Shown here in pieces: positions 12,947-30,326 of a DNA stretch of 64,000 nucleotides; positions within the stretch are counted from its first letter, which is position 1, and the number at the start of each line of letters is the position of its first letter. A program made the translations under genes and the position numbers. The notes beneath the pieces were generated by a model. The model saw only the letters and a program-made list of their open reading frames with translations, was not told the DNA's origin and did no database searches. The DNA comes from Eledone cirrhosa. Taxonomy: Eukaryota. The stretch is taken from positions 12,090,001 through 12,154,000 of the forward strand of contig OZ024752.1 in NCBI GenBank assembly GCA_964016885.1, read 5' to 3'.

Positions 12947-13915
12947 AGGTGGCGAATTGGTAGAGTCGTTAGACGATCAGATAGAATGCTTTGTGGTATT
13001 CGTTTCGGTTCTCGGCTCTTCGTGTTCAAATCCCACCGAGGTCAACTTTGCCCTCCATCCTTTCGTGGTCAGTAAAACAATGTAAGTCAAGATGTAAGAG
13101 TCAAGTCCGGGGGTTGAGTGTTCCTCTATATCTCTTTCTCTCACTCTATCCTTCTCTGGAAGAAATCTTCTCTATTCAGACCCGGGGAAGAGATAAGCTC
13201 CACTAGGCTTAAGGAAATTTGCCTAGAAACGCCGTATGTCAATACGGCGTTTCTGTGACCCCCTTTGGAGTTACAGGACAGATTCATACACCTGTATCTT
13301 GTGAAATGACAGCTGTCTTCAATGATTGAACCCAAATCAAGATATTTTTTATTTGACTCCAGTAAATGTTCTATTGGCGGCGCATTAGCAGAGTTGTTAG
13401 AACGTCGGATAGAATGCTTTATGGCATTCGTTTCGGTTCTCTGCTCTATGGGGTCAAACCCCACCGAGGACTATTTTGCCTTTCTTCCTTTCGTGGTTAA
13501 TAAAAAGAGTACCAGTTTAATACTGGGGTTGGTTCTTCCTCTCTATCTCTTTCTCATTTCTTCTCTCTCACTTTCTATCTTTCTCTGGAAGAAATCCGGT
13601 TTACTCAGGCTCGGAGAGGGTTGGTCTCCGCCAAGCTTAAAAAATGACCAAGAAACGCCGTATGTCAATACGTCTCCCTAACGACTCTATCAGGAGTCAT
13701 GGGGCCAAAAATGCATACGAATATAATACCAGTCTAGTACTGAGGTCGATTCTTCCTTTATATCTCTTTCTCATTTCCTCTCTCTCCCACTTTCTCTTCT
13801 TCTCTGGAAGAAATCTGCTGTACTCAGACCTGGGGAGAGATGGGCTCTGCCAGGCTTTAAAAATGCCCAAGAAACGCCGTATGTCAATACATCACCCCTA
13901 CCAGTCTATCAGGCG
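12947..13915 (+). mobile_element. Cluster of SINE copies with an alternative tail
   Basis: SINE heads at 12947 and 13376; shared tail ttctctggaagaaatc...aagaaacgccgtatgtcaatac occurs three times. Confidence 0.65.
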
Positions 13916-14089
13916 TTACGACACAATACATGCAAATGTTCTATATTTTGAGCTTGTTCGTCAGATCTTGCACGTGTCAGTGCACGTTGACTTGCTGGAT
14001 TACAAAGGAAATCCGCTTGTATTAACAAACGTAATCAGTACGATAAGTACAGGCGTACTTATATGACACATACACCTGTTGAATGTGTG

Positions 14090-15090
<1,001 letters not shown>

Positions 15091-15451
15091 TTATTAAAAT
15101 AACAGATTAAAGTTTCAGCAAAAAATCGCTACTTTCACCCTTAACGGGATCTTCTGAAACTGGAGAAAAATGAAGCAACCATGTTTCATTGGATGTGTAA
15201 TGTAAGTGTGTGAGAAAGGCAGAGCTTGGACGAGCTGAGGGTTTAAGAGGAATCCGAGTTAGTGTGTAGGAAAGAAGACTGTGTTGGTATGAGCATGTGA
15301 TGCGCATGGAAAATGGGTGAAAGCAGCGATTCTTTGCTTAAACTTTAATCTGTTATTTTAATAAATTTTTGCTCTACGGTTCTTATATATTTGATATATA
15401 TTTATCCTTATCGAGCCCCCTTTGGATTTTAGTCTTCAAATTTATCATTAT

Positions 15452-15510
<59 letters not shown>

Positions 15511-15518
<8 letters not shown>

Positions 15519-15736
15519 TAACAGATTAAAGTTTAAGCAAAGAATCGCTGCTTTCACCCTTAACGAGATCTTCTGGTTAGTTTCAGAAGAACCCGTTAAG
15601 AGTGAAAGCAGCGATTCTTTGCTTAAACTTTAATCTGTTATTTTAATAAATATTTGCTCTACGGTTCTTATATATTTGATATATATTTATCCTTATCGAG
15701 CCCTCTTTGGATTTTAGTCTTCAAATTTATCATTAT

Positions 15737-15740
<4 letters not shown>
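15511..15740. mobile_element. Immediately inverted pair of CAGAAGA-family PLE 3' ends
   Basis: 15511-15575 is the inverse of about 15584-15648; same family as 1816-1980, 15093-15161, 15315-15455 and 50115-50278. Confidence 0.75.
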
Positions 15741-15798
<58 letters not shown>

Positions 15799-15839
15799 AA
15801 GAACACAAGAGCGTCTACAACATCAAAAGATTTTTATTG

Positions 15840-15884
15840 GCTTACAATGTTTCTTCCGTACGTAACCGTAGGATTCGTCAGAGC
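15840..15884 (-). ncRNA. Type I hammerhead ribozyme
   Basis: Minus strand gct-CTGACGA-a tcc tacg gtta cgta c gga a-GAAA-c att GTA-agc then caataaa. Confidence 0.8.
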
Positions 15885-16128
15885 TATAAAAGGGGTTTGA
15901 TTGGTGTTATGGACTCTACCAACCAAACATTCAAGAACAAAGAGTAAAGAGAGTAAAGAGCAAAAGTAGGGGACGATAAGTCTAATTTTGGTGCGGGAGG
16001 GTGGGGTGTGGGTCCTTGTTTACTAGCTGCGGTCATATTCATTCCCAGAGAGTCAACAACACAAAATATAACTACTCTATTAACAAATATTAACATACGT
16101 CTGGATCGGTCATCAGACAGATGTAACA

Positions 16129-16194
16129 TCTGTCTGATGACCGATCCAGACGTATATTAATATTGCCTGGGGTCCAGAAACCTTTGGTAATGGA
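16129..16194 (+). ncRNA. Type I hammerhead ribozyme overlapping a 39-bp-arm palindrome (16086-16164)
   Basis: tctgt-CTGATGA-[imperfect long stem II]-GAAA-cc ttt gGTA-atgga. Confidence 0.6.
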
Positions 16195-16308
16195 GTAGTT
16201 ATATTTTGTGTTCATTTTCCAATTAAATAGCTCTGTATTATACATAGAGCACTCTTATTTCCTTTGCTTTTTCTTCGGAATTACCTAACACACACACTCA
16301 CACACACA

Positions 16309-16838
<530 letters not shown>

Positions 16839-16946
16839 CATATATACATATATATGTATGTAAAAGCTAAACAGAAATAACAACACAATCGGTACAGTAT
16901 ATGGAAGGTTTATATTATGTTAACGTTTGATATAGCAGGAAGAGGG

Positions 16947-16982
16947 TCTTAACGTTTCGGACGCTAGTCCTTCATCAGAAGA
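16947..16982 (-). ncRNA. Minimal type I hammerhead ribozyme (dimer-type, aacgtt palindrome)
   Basis: Minus strand tctt-CTGATGA-a ggac tagc gtcc-GAAA-cGTT-aaga. Confidence 0.8.
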
Positions 16983-17082
16983 AAGAATGAGAAATAAAAT
17001 AGATTAAGGGGACGGGCGGGGTGGAATTGGAAAAAATGTCTTTAGATAAAAATGATAGGTCCATTCATGTTGACATATCTTC

Positions 17083-17143
<61 letters not shown>

Positions 17144-17145
<2 letters not shown>

Positions 17146-17408
17146 CTCAAAAGTGACACAGGGGAGACTGAGGTTAGCTGGACATGCTCACCAACATCCA
17201 AAGTTGACACTGCGCTCAGTTCTCCTGTGGGGGCCCCTGCATGGACACACTGGAAAAGGAAGACCAAGGTTAACATATGTTGATGCCCTAAGGACAGACA
17301 CTGGTCTGTTGGAGACGCAGGACGTGGCAGTGATAATGAGGGACAGAGACCGCTGGAGAGAATTCGTCCATGGATCTCGGGAATTTTACCCGCCCTAGAT
17401 AGATAGAT
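17144..17408 (+). mobile_element. RTE-like LINE 3' fragment with (TAGA)n tail
   Basis: [39 protein letters not shown]; related copy at 37374-37657. Confidence 0.75.
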
Positions 17409-17423
17409 ATACATATATATACA

Positions 17424-19435
<2,012 letters not shown>

Positions 19436-19608
19436 TATAACTGCTCTGTAGAACAACTGATGTTATTACATTGAGCTATTTATCTTACTGATAAATTACT
19501 GACCTTCCCTGTTTATAGTTTGAAATATACATAACTATAAATAGTATTAATATTATATATATATAATATTAATACTATTTATAGTATTAATATTATATAT
19601 ATATATAT

Positions 19609-22600
19609 CGCACAGCGACGAGTTCCGCACCCGAACGGAAGTCGAGCGATTCGTGCGACGCACGAAGCTACAGAGACATTTCGGCCGAACGCCACCGGCT
19701 CCGGACGCCCCAGACCCGTTTCTCGCCCTGGGCCGACGACCATCTTCTTGGACGCCGGCCCCAGGGCAATTTAGCACCCTGGACGCGTTCGTCGATGCCA
19801 GCCGTAGCGCCGTAAATCGTTTCGACTTCCGCCACCGTTCCAAACGGAATAATATCTCACGGGGCGAACTCCTCGCTCTCCGCTCCCTCCGTAGCTGAGA
19901 TGACATCGTCATCAAACCGGTGGACAAGGGAGGCGCCGTGGTGGTGTGGCGCGCGGACCTCTACACGGCCGAAGCCCTCAGGCAGCTCCGTAACCCCCTC
20001 TTCTACCGCCCTCTACCCTCCGATCCCACACCCCTCTACCAACAACAAGTTTCCTCCACCATCCAACACCTTGTCTCCTCCTCCCTCCTCCCCCCCACCG
20101 CTTCCCACCTCATCGTCCGCACCCCCCCGCACCCCCACCATCTACTTCCTCCCCAAACTCCACAAACCCGACAACCCCGGCCGCCCCATCGTCTCCGCTT
20201 GCAACTGCCCCACCGAACTCATCTCCGCCTTTCTCGACTCCATCCTCGCCCCCCTTGTCACCATCCTCCCCTCCCACATCTCCGACACCAACCACGTCCT
20301 GCGCCTTTTCGACTCCTTCACCTACCCACCTGGCCCACAGCCCTTCCTCTTCACCCTAGACATCAAGTCCCTCTATACCGTCATCCCCCACGCCGACGGC
20401 CTACGCGCCCTCAAACACGACCTCGACCTTCGCCTCTCCCCCATTCCCTCCACCCCCACCCTCCTTCGCCTCGCCGAGCTGGTCCTCACCCTCAATTGTT
20501 TCTCCTTCTCGGGTGAGTTTTACCAACAGGTCACGGGGGTTGCCAAAGGTACAAGAATGGGCCCGAACTATGCCAACCTTTTTGTTGGCCATGTTGAGGC
20601 CCAAATCTTTGCCCAGTACACCGGCCCCACGCCCGAACTGTACGGTCGTTACATCGACGACTGTATCGGAGCCACGACCCTCACCCGAGAACAGCTCGAC
20701 TCCTTTCTCTCCTTCTTCTGCTCCTTCCACCCCTCCCTCCCTCCACTTCACCACCTCTATCTCCACCACCCACGTCCACTTCTTAGACATCTCCGTCGCC
20801 TTCGACCCCTCTCACCACTCCCTCGTCACCTCCGCCTTCTTCAAACCCACCGACTCCCACTCTTACCTCGACTTCACCTCTTCCCACCCCACACACACTA
20901 AACACTCTATTCCCTACTCCCAACTCCTCAGGATCCGCCGCCTCTGTAGCCGAGATGCCGACTTCGAGTCCCAGGCCCTTTCCCTAGTCAGCCATTTCAT
21001 CCGCAGAGGTTACCTCCCCTCTCTCGTCCACACCGCTCTCACCCGCGCCCGTGCTGTCCACCGCTCCACCACCCTCACCCCACGCCACCGCACACCCACC
21101 CACCGTCTCCCCTTCCCCATCACCTACCACCCCTCCATCTTACCCCTCCACCGCACCATCCGCCGCCTCTTCCGACGCCTCCAGTCCGACCCCTCTACCT
21201 CCCACATCTTCCCAGCCCCACCACTCCCCTCCTCACGCAATCTCCGCACCCTCCTCGTCCACAGCTCCCTACCCCCCAACCCACACTCTCTTCCCCCCCC
21301 CCGGTTCCTTTCCCTGTTCTAGGCCCCGCTGCAACACCTGTCCCCACATCACCAATACCACCACCTTCCAGGGTCCCAACGGCCACTCTCTCTCTGTCCG
21401 GCATGCCTTCCGCAGCGACCTCCTCCAACCTAGTCTACGGACCTCGCTGCACGGAGTGCAGCGCGACTTACGTCGGACAGACTGGACGTCGCCTGGCGGA
21501 CAGATTCACTGAGCACCTCCGGGATATTCGTCTCGGTGGTAGTTCCCCCATCGCCCGCCACTTTGGTGCCCCTGGACATTCCGCACGCCATCTCACAGTC
21601 TGTGGCCTACTCCAATGCCACGGAACACCCGCCAATCTCCTCAGAGTTGAACAACGAACCATCTTCATCTTACAGACCCACTCTCCCCCCGGCCTGAACT
21701 CCCCACCCTTATTCCTTTAGACTTCGACCGCCCCCCCCCCCCCAACACATATCCCCCACTAACACACTCCTCCTTTTCACCGCCCACCCCACAACTAACA
21801 ATACTAACACCTCCACTCCACCCCTCATCCGACCACCCTTCCCCAACTAACATACTAACATCCCTCCCTTCTTCTCCCCCCTCCTTATCACACGCACACA
21901 CCCACCGGCACATATATACACGCGCTCACACTAAACACACACCCTACTACGACCACTAACCCTCACCCCCACACATCCACTCCACCACCCCGCAACTAAC
22001 ATCACTAACACCCCCTGACCCCAAGCACATGAACACACGCACCCATTTACACCACCCACCCCACACGCAACTAACGCACACGTACCCACACACCCTCATA
22101 CACCACCAACTCTACACACCCTACCACCACTGACCCCCACTCACACCAGCATTCAACCTTTCTCCACCTCCCGTATACTAACACCCACTAACACCACCTT
22201 CATCAAACTACACACACACCAGTACACCACACTCCCTCCATCGACCTTCACACCCTTCTCTCCCCGCTCCACCCACACCTTTTCTCAAACACTCACTCAT
22301 CCCACTAACACCTCTACTAATACACACACACACCCTCCTCACTCCAACTTTCACACCTACCCATCCTCGCCCCTTTACCATTCCACCCTACTGCTGCTAT
22401 GCCCTCTGACCACCTCCCAGCACACACAGACACACAGCACTCCTACTGCCTTGACCACTTCCTGTTGCGCGCGCACCCCACATCTCCCCACTTCCGACCA
22501 ATCTCTTCACGGATTACTCGTATGTGGACCTTGACCCCGGAATCAACTACCATCCTAGGATTTTACTAACCATTCCACCACATCTTACGGAATCACATTT

Positions 22601-23232
22601 ATGACTCACCCACACACACACCCCAAAAAAATTTTTTCCCACACGCCACCTACACCCACAACACGCTTATACACCACACACACACACGTGCATTCCACCA
22701 CATATTTACACATTCAGCCTCCGGATTCCTCTCCCCCCACCCCCCTCTATCCACACACGCACACACACTCCGACCTACACCCCACCCCACACACACCTCT
22801 TCCTGAACATGCAACCCCGTTCTTCCCCCAACCCTTGCTTTCACATACACACACACACACGTACACCTACACACACACACCACCTTCAGCCCTCCCCGCT
22901 CGGACACCCCGTCTCCCTCTCCCCACTCCACCCGCCACCACCCCTACACGCCCCACACCCTTCCACCACCTGTTTTACCCCATTTTAATTTTATTTTGAT
23001 CATGCTTTTATTTTTAATTTCATTTGCACCGTTTCCTCCCACCCCCGTTTTGCTATATGTCTCTCCACCACTCCCCTACATACCCTTTGAACTCTCTTCC
23101 CACAGACTTTTCACCTGAAGAAGGGCTTATGCCCGAAACGTCGTTCCCCACCAACACCTCACTCTCAAGAGCGTGAAATTAATAAACATTCGTTGTACTG
23201 CCTCTCTGTTTTGTTCCTGTTCAAATTTTCCA
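19609..23232 (+). mobile_element. Penelope-like element (Neptune/Poseidon-type), 5' truncated, frameshifted RT-GIY-YIG ORF plus 1.5-kb C-rich 3' UTR
   Basis: DKGGAVVV, LPKLHK, RPIVS, DIKSLYT, MGPNYANLF, RYIDD, FLD, KPTDSHSYL, CSRPRCNTC, YVGQTGRRLADRFTEH; stop at 21720; terminal hammerhead. Confidence 0.95.
23111..23146 (+). ncRNA. Minimal hammerhead ribozyme of the PLE 3' end
   Basis: ac-CTGAAGA-a gggc ttat gccc-GAAA-cGTC-gt; second copy at 53524-53559 with CTGAGGA core. Confidence 0.8.
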
Positions 23233-23372
23233 TATATATATATATATATGTATATATGTGTATGCGTGTGTATATACGGGCGTCTGTGATCTATATACAT
23301 TGGTCATAGACACACACACATATATATATATACACACACACACTCACATATATGTATATACACAACACCAAC

Positions 23373-23434
<62 letters not shown>

Positions 23435-23908
23435 CTCTCTCTCTCTCTCTCTCTCTCACTCTCTCTTTCTCTCTCTCTTTCTCTCTCTCTGTTTATGAAG
23501 GTACACGGAAAAATCGCACATCTCAAGACCCCGTGCTCCGATTTACGTGAAACTTGTTTTATTCCATTTGTATCCCCATTTCAGGGTCAACTTCCTTTCA
23601 AAGTATTTTCCCATTATCCGCCCTTTTGGCTGTATTACATTACAGACTAGCAAGCAATCAATCGCAGAGTTTTAGTAATATATAAATAGAAAGATATAAG
23701 ATATGAAATTAAAATCTATTATAAATGAAAGTGAGGCTGAAATAAAATAACGGAATAAATACATGTATACACAGGATCGGATATACGTAGATGCGCACAT
23801 ATGTAAAATTAGGGGAATATATGTATATACATAAACACATAGACACACAAATAGCTCTGTACTATAGATAGAGCACTCTTCATTCCTTTATCTTTTTCAC
23901 GGAAATAC

Positions 23909-23955
<47 letters not shown>

Positions 23956-24580
23956 GATGGTTGCCCGCTCGTTATCGAGTAAGGCCATTGTAAGATATAA
24001 CATTATCAACAATTATTAAATAATTCTATCATGCAATGCCTGTGCGTGAAGATTTTTTTTTCAGTGAAGAAGATTGTGCACTGAGCCAATCCCACTCTCT
24101 GAGCGACAGTAGCTATAACCCGAAAAGAAGAAAAGATCAACATCATCGGTAACTCCTGAGCCGCAGGTTTTATATCGGAGTTATCCCAGTTTCATGAGTT
24201 GCCTTCTCCTGGAAGAATGCCCTGACAAAGTGATTTAACCGCGTAATCGGGTATTCAGCCCGATTATTTCTATGTCCCCGCTCATATTCATACACATGCA
24301 TACATGTATACACACATATACATATATATACATATATACACACATATACATATATATACATATATACACATGCATTCAAGTAGATACATATTTACACATT
24401 TTTGGTTGGCCGTTGACTCTTATGAGTTCTTCCGCCCTTTGTCAGGTTTTGATGTTTGTCCTGCAGGGTGTCCAAAATCGCCCACCTCACCGGGATTTGA
24501 ACTCAGAAAAGCAAGCGCCGTAACTCTATGCGCCGAAGCATGGCGTCCGACCCTCTACCGATACTGCCAATCCAACGCCC

Positions 24581-27500
24581 TAATAATAATAATAATAATG
24601 CTTTCTTTATTAACCACAAGAGTTTACAGAAAGTAAGACATTAAGGGCAACACAGAACAACACAGGGCGGTTCAAATGGGCATTTCTGCGTGTAAAAAAA
24701 AACAAAAAAAACAGAGGATGTAACAAAAAGAAACAATTAAAAATTCCCCAATAGGGAGGAGACTTCCGAGGGACATTCGTGGAGAAAGCCCATTAAAACA
24801 GCCACGGTGACCCTGACCACCAGGGCAAGAGTCCTCTCCCAGTTTTCCACCTTCAATTTACAGGCACATACTCAGAGTAGGCCCGGCCCATTCACTCGAG
24901 CCATTCTTACCTCTCTCACCCATCTTTCAACAAAATGCTGGGAAGAGAGCACTTCCCTCTCTACCCTGATTTTCCTTTTCAAATGAAATTTGAAAAAGTT
25001 AATCAGGGCATCACCGAAGAGGTAAGTGCTGGTCTTCAGCCCTTTCAAACGCGTCCACCATACTATCCATGGCCACCAGACAGATAAAAACTGCCTGCCC
25101 TTCCCGGCTAAAGGAAGAGGGTGGGGAAATCCTCACGATGGACCCAGCTGATAGCCGGATCCGTCCTACACGCGACAGCAGGTGTTCGGCATAAACCCAT
25201 AAGTCAGCAATGCTCGGACACTGGACGAGTGCGTGCAGGACGGTTTCGTCACCATGCGCACATCTCGGACATGCCTGGTTGACGGCACTTCCATGCCTGT
25301 AGAGTTTATCCCGAACTGGCAAAGCTCCCCGGTAGCACTACCAGGCCAGGGATTTCTGGAAGTTGTCCATAGGCTTCGGTCCGAAAGTTCTTCCGAAGAG
25401 ATTGGCTAGTTGATTTTCGTCGACACTTAGAGTTTCCCCAAGTACGTCATCGCTCTTCCCCTCCACTAATCTTCTATAGAACGCCAAGGTGGAGTTTCCA
25501 CCGATCACATTGCCCAACTGGTCGAGGGCTGTGAGCGCCTGAAGACATTCCAGACTCCAAGCGCTCCCTCTCGGTCTTCGCTTGACCAAGGGCTGCAGCT
25601 CCGTCATGGAGACGAGCTGGGGAAAGGCGATCACACCTGATCACCGTCGAGGAAGAGGTGGAAATGTCGTATCCTGACCGCGTGTCTGCGCATCATCAGC
25701 CACGGCGTGCCCAGCCCTCAACGTAGCGCGTGTTGACAGCAGATGGACCGCCTGACCATCGGAGCGCGTCCTTTCCACAAAAAGCAAAAGAGCAAACGCT
25801 CCAGCGCAGTCAGGCGAGGCTTAGTACAAGGCACGACGGTCAGGCGATAGTAGATGACGGACTCGATGTTCGCATTCTCCACCTCCGCTCGACCTTTCAG
25901 GGATAGCTTCCTCTCTGCCCAACCAGATCCCTAGCAATTTAACCGGTCCGTCCGTCCATCCCCCGACGACGCTGTTGGACGGCATGGACCTGCCTCTCCA
26001 GGTGCCGAGCCGCAGGCCCACCGACTTTTCCTGATTGATCATTGCTTTTGTCACCGCCTCGTATTCTCTTAGTATAGTGCTGATCGCTTCGATGTGTTTG
26101 GCGTTCGACACCACTACGGTGACATCGTCCGCATATGCTGACATGGATCTTCCGCACCCTAGTTCGCGCGGGACCCCTCAACGTCTCCAGTTTGTGCAGT
26201 AATGGCTCGAGAGTCAATACGTACAATAGGGACGAGATGGGACATCCTTGGCGGACCGAGCGCATGTTGTTGAACGGTTCTGAAAGGTGGCCGTTCACTC
26301 TCACCACAGAGCAGATGTCGCTGTGCATGGCAGCGATCCAGCCTCTGAAGACGGGCCCAAAGCCAGCCGCCCTCAGGACTGCCGCTAGGTAACGATGGTC
26401 GACCCTATCGAAAGCTTTCGACTGATCTAAATTGATCAAGGACCTACCCGTGCCAGGTTCCCTAGCTACCCTCTCTACCATGTATCGCATGAGGTGGAGG
26501 TTGTCGTGGATGGATCTGTCGGGAATGGCGCATGTCTGCGCCTCTCCCACCAGACCACCAACGACAAGTGCCAACCTCTTTGCTAGCACCTTGGCCAAAA
26601 TCTTGAACTCTGTGTTTAGCAGAGTTATGGGCCTGAAATTATCTGTTATACCCCTTGTTCGGATCCTTTCTCAGCAGCGCCACCGCTCCTCGGCTCACAG
26701 AGCTGGGAATTCTCCCGTTCTGTTTCCAGTTGCAGTAGACGTCTGCCAAGAGGCCTCCGAACAAGTCTGGAATCTGTACGTAAAGTTCATAGGGCAGACC
26801 ATCCAAACCAGGCGATTTACCCCTCTGCAGCCAGTCATTGCCTCCCGTATTTCAGCGGCTGTTATCGGCTTTTCGCAACACTCCGCCTCAGTGGCCGAGA
26901 GCCGCGGCAGTCAGTCGAGGTAGACACTAAAGTCCATCCCTCGACCCGGCCAGCCGCTGCCCCCGAACAGCTGAGCGAAGTGTCGCTGAAAAGTTTCACA
27001 CATTTGCCCGGGATCGAGTAGCATGCGCCCGTCGTGGTCCACCAAAGATCGGATCGTGGCTTTGTTGCCACAACGCACCTCCACCACTCGGGCCCATTGA
27101 ACGGCTTTCATCCCCTCGTGTCTGCCCCTCGTGTCTGAGAGCACGCACCCTATCTCTGACAACGCAGCCTTCGTGCTTTGCATTGAAGAATTGGTCAAGG
27201 GCCAATTTCGCCGCAAGTACGTCGGTCGCGATGCCTTTGCTAAGAGCCTCGTCTAATTTTCTAACTAGTTCTCCCTCTGCTCTATTTTTCTTTATTGCTA
27301 AAGCCTTACTAAACCTAATGGACTCTATTCTAATCGCTCTTTTCAGACCAAACCACCACTTGTTGTTGACGATGGCCCATGTCAATGCCCGCTTAACTAG
27401 TTCGCTAATCCGGTCTCTGTAGGCCTTGCGCGCTGGTAAGGACGCGTTTAGCTTCCAGTAGCCGGGTCCTCGTCTATGAAGCCTATCTAAGTCAAGCACA

Positions 27501-30326
27501 CAAATCACGAATTTGTGGTCCGTGTAGCTGACTATCTTGAATTATGGATAGCCTATGCTAGACCTATCTATTTCCCTACAAAATACTCTATCTAGATATT
27601 ATCTGGATGACCCTATGCGGTTTGTCCAAGTCCACATTGGCACATTCGGGAAATCCAATCGGTACCTGTCAGACAGTTCAAAACGCCTGAGCAGGTTGGT
27701 GAGGCTCTTGCACCATCCTCCCCTATCCGCTAATCCCACACAGTCCCAGCGTGCATCTAAGATCCCGTTCCAGTCGCCCACTAGCACTAAAGAGCGGGAC
27801 GTTCCAAGAAAGGTCTCCAGACGCCGGAAGAAATCAGGACCCCTGCTCCTGACGGGGCATAGACGGCCACTAGCCTGAAAGCTTGCCCGTCTCCGCTGGT
27901 GACGTCCAGCACCACCAACTTACCTTCTGGGTCAAGGAAGATGCCCCGTATGGCGAGATCCAAGCCTCTCCGAAAAAGCACAGCAACTCCCCCCCCCCCC
28001 GATCCAGGACGGCTGGGAGATGCGTACACATCGTAGCCGCCGAAGATCGGTGCGCAGGCTCGTGCTTCGGAGATTCTGGTCTCGCTGATGGCCACCACAT
28101 CTATGTTTAGTGACCTGAGGTCGTTGAGCAGGTGGCCCTGCTTCCATGACGACCCCAGGCCACGCGTATTTATGCTGCCTATTCTGAGTGAGGTCATGTT
28201 GAAAAGGAGTGGAAAAAGATGGGAAAGACCACTTACCTCACTTCTCGTGGAGGAAGGATGATTTTTCCGTCCTTCTCACTGCTTGTGGCCTCCTCCGGAA
28301 GGATGTCTTTATAAATTCTCCTGTCGGAAGTCTCCGATGTCCTTGGGGAATTTTTGTTTTAGTGTCGTGTACGTTTGCTGTGTGATGCGAATGATTTGTA
28401 TGTGTGAAGGTGGTGTGAAATTTTGGGGTGTGATTCTGGTGTTGTGTTGGATGTAATAATTGGCTGTTATTCAAATTTAATGCTGTGTAGTGTGTATCGT
28501 TTTGGTTGCTTTGTTTTGTTTGCGATTGTTGTGGGTTTGTTTCTGTTTCGCTTGTTGGTGATTTTTGTGGTGATGGTGATGGTTGTGTTGGGGTTAATGA
28601 TGGTGATGGTGTTGGTGTTTGTGGTGATGGTGGTGTGGCTGGTGGCATAGCTGTCTTAACTTTTTTGTTAGTTTGTTTGTTTGTTTCACCCTGCATTTTG
28701 TTTTTGGAGGGGCAAGGAAAAGGATTTTTTTCTTTTTGGGGTTCTTTTTTTTCTTCTTTTTTCCAGATACAGTTTCCCACTCTTCCTCGTCGTCACAATT
28801 TGTCTCCAGTTGCGATAAGTCGGGGAATGGAAAACCCTCCACAGACGTTGGTTTTGGTTGTGGCGTGGTGGATGGTGGAGACGCTGGTGCTAATTCTGAC
28901 GCGGTGAGTGGTGCAGTGTTGGTTTTGCTACTGTTGCTGCTACAGTTGCTGGGGTTGTTGCTGCCATTTCTGCTGCTGGTTTTGATGGTTGAGTCACTGG
29001 GGTGGGTAGGAGAGGTAGTCTCAACTTTTTAGCCTGAGGGCAGAAAGCCTTTAGGTGGGTTCCTTCGCCACAAACGACACACCTAGGCCTTCTACCCTCA
29101 ACGATTACGGTGAGGTGGCTGCCGTCATTGAGGTCTATCACCTCTGGAATTTCTTCTATGTATTTTTGGTCCGCTTGGATCAGGAGCTCCATCCCAGATC
29201 TGGACCGGTTCTCCTGCTTTACTTTTATTACCTCAATTACTTTAGTGTTGGCCTCGATGTCGGCGAGGACAGCAGCCATTAGCGATGTAATTTCAATGGC
29301 CGGCGGAACGTAGCTCACCCTGATCTTCACGAGTCTCTGACCACAATAGCTTGGGACGCGTGTGAACTCACTTCTTAATGGCGCCATAGAGTCTCTGGCT
29401 TATAATAGGGTTCCAAAGAACACGTCCCCGGTTCCATATTTCTGCCCACGTCTGATGTGGGTTTTTTGCGCCCACACATGTCCCAAACCTTTTTTTATCT
29501 GGGACTCGGATGCCCGTTCCACTCAGCGTGATTTTGTGTTTATCGTCCGATATGACACGGGGCATAGGCGCCGATGCTCCATGTTATTAGATGGGGGGGG
29601 GGGGACTGACCCTGTACCCATCTTTTTTTACCATTCGCTTGGCTTCATTCAATTCATCCCGGCTTACCTCGATTGTTTCGCTTTTCTTGGCTGCTTTGGC
29701 AAACCACACATTTTGTTTTGCGCTGGTGTTGAGGTTGTTGTTGTTATTCTCATTGTTGTGGTTGTTGCTCTTGTTTTTATTGTTATTTTTAGTTTCAGTT
29801 GTGGTGGTAGTGGTGGTGGTGTCAGTGGTGTTCGGCGTGGAAGAGTCGATTCTGGGTGAATCCATTTCGATGTCACGAGATAATAATTTATTTTTTGTTT
29901 CTGTTGTCGCTGTGGTGGTGGTGGTGGTATCAGGGATGTTGGTTGTTCTTTTTGACATTATGAAGGTGGGGATGGCGGCTTTAACACCTGTAGTTGTTGG
30001 TAATGGTGGGAAATCCATGTCTGTCTGTTTCTAACATACTAACATCCCCCACCACCCCGTGGGGGTGGTGGGGGATGTTAGTATGTTAGAAACAGGAGAT
30101 TTGTCGTCCATGTTTTTTTTTCAAAGAAATATTTTGTTTGATAAATAAAAAGTTTGAATTTTGGGCTCAAGGCCCCAATATTATTGAGTGTCCTTTTCAG
30201 AAAGCAATATATGTGAACTTATAAACACTTAACAACAAATATTTTCTATAACTGGCAATTTGAAACAACTGAAAACAACAAACCTTTGTGGAGCTCACGA
30301 TAATACGATTTCCTACGTAGGTCGCC

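Noticed and set aside
21847-21864. 18-nt match ctaacatactaacatccc between the PLE UTR and the LINE A hairpin at about 30031
   Set aside because: Low-complexity A/C-rich sequence with no flanking homology; chance cannot be excluded
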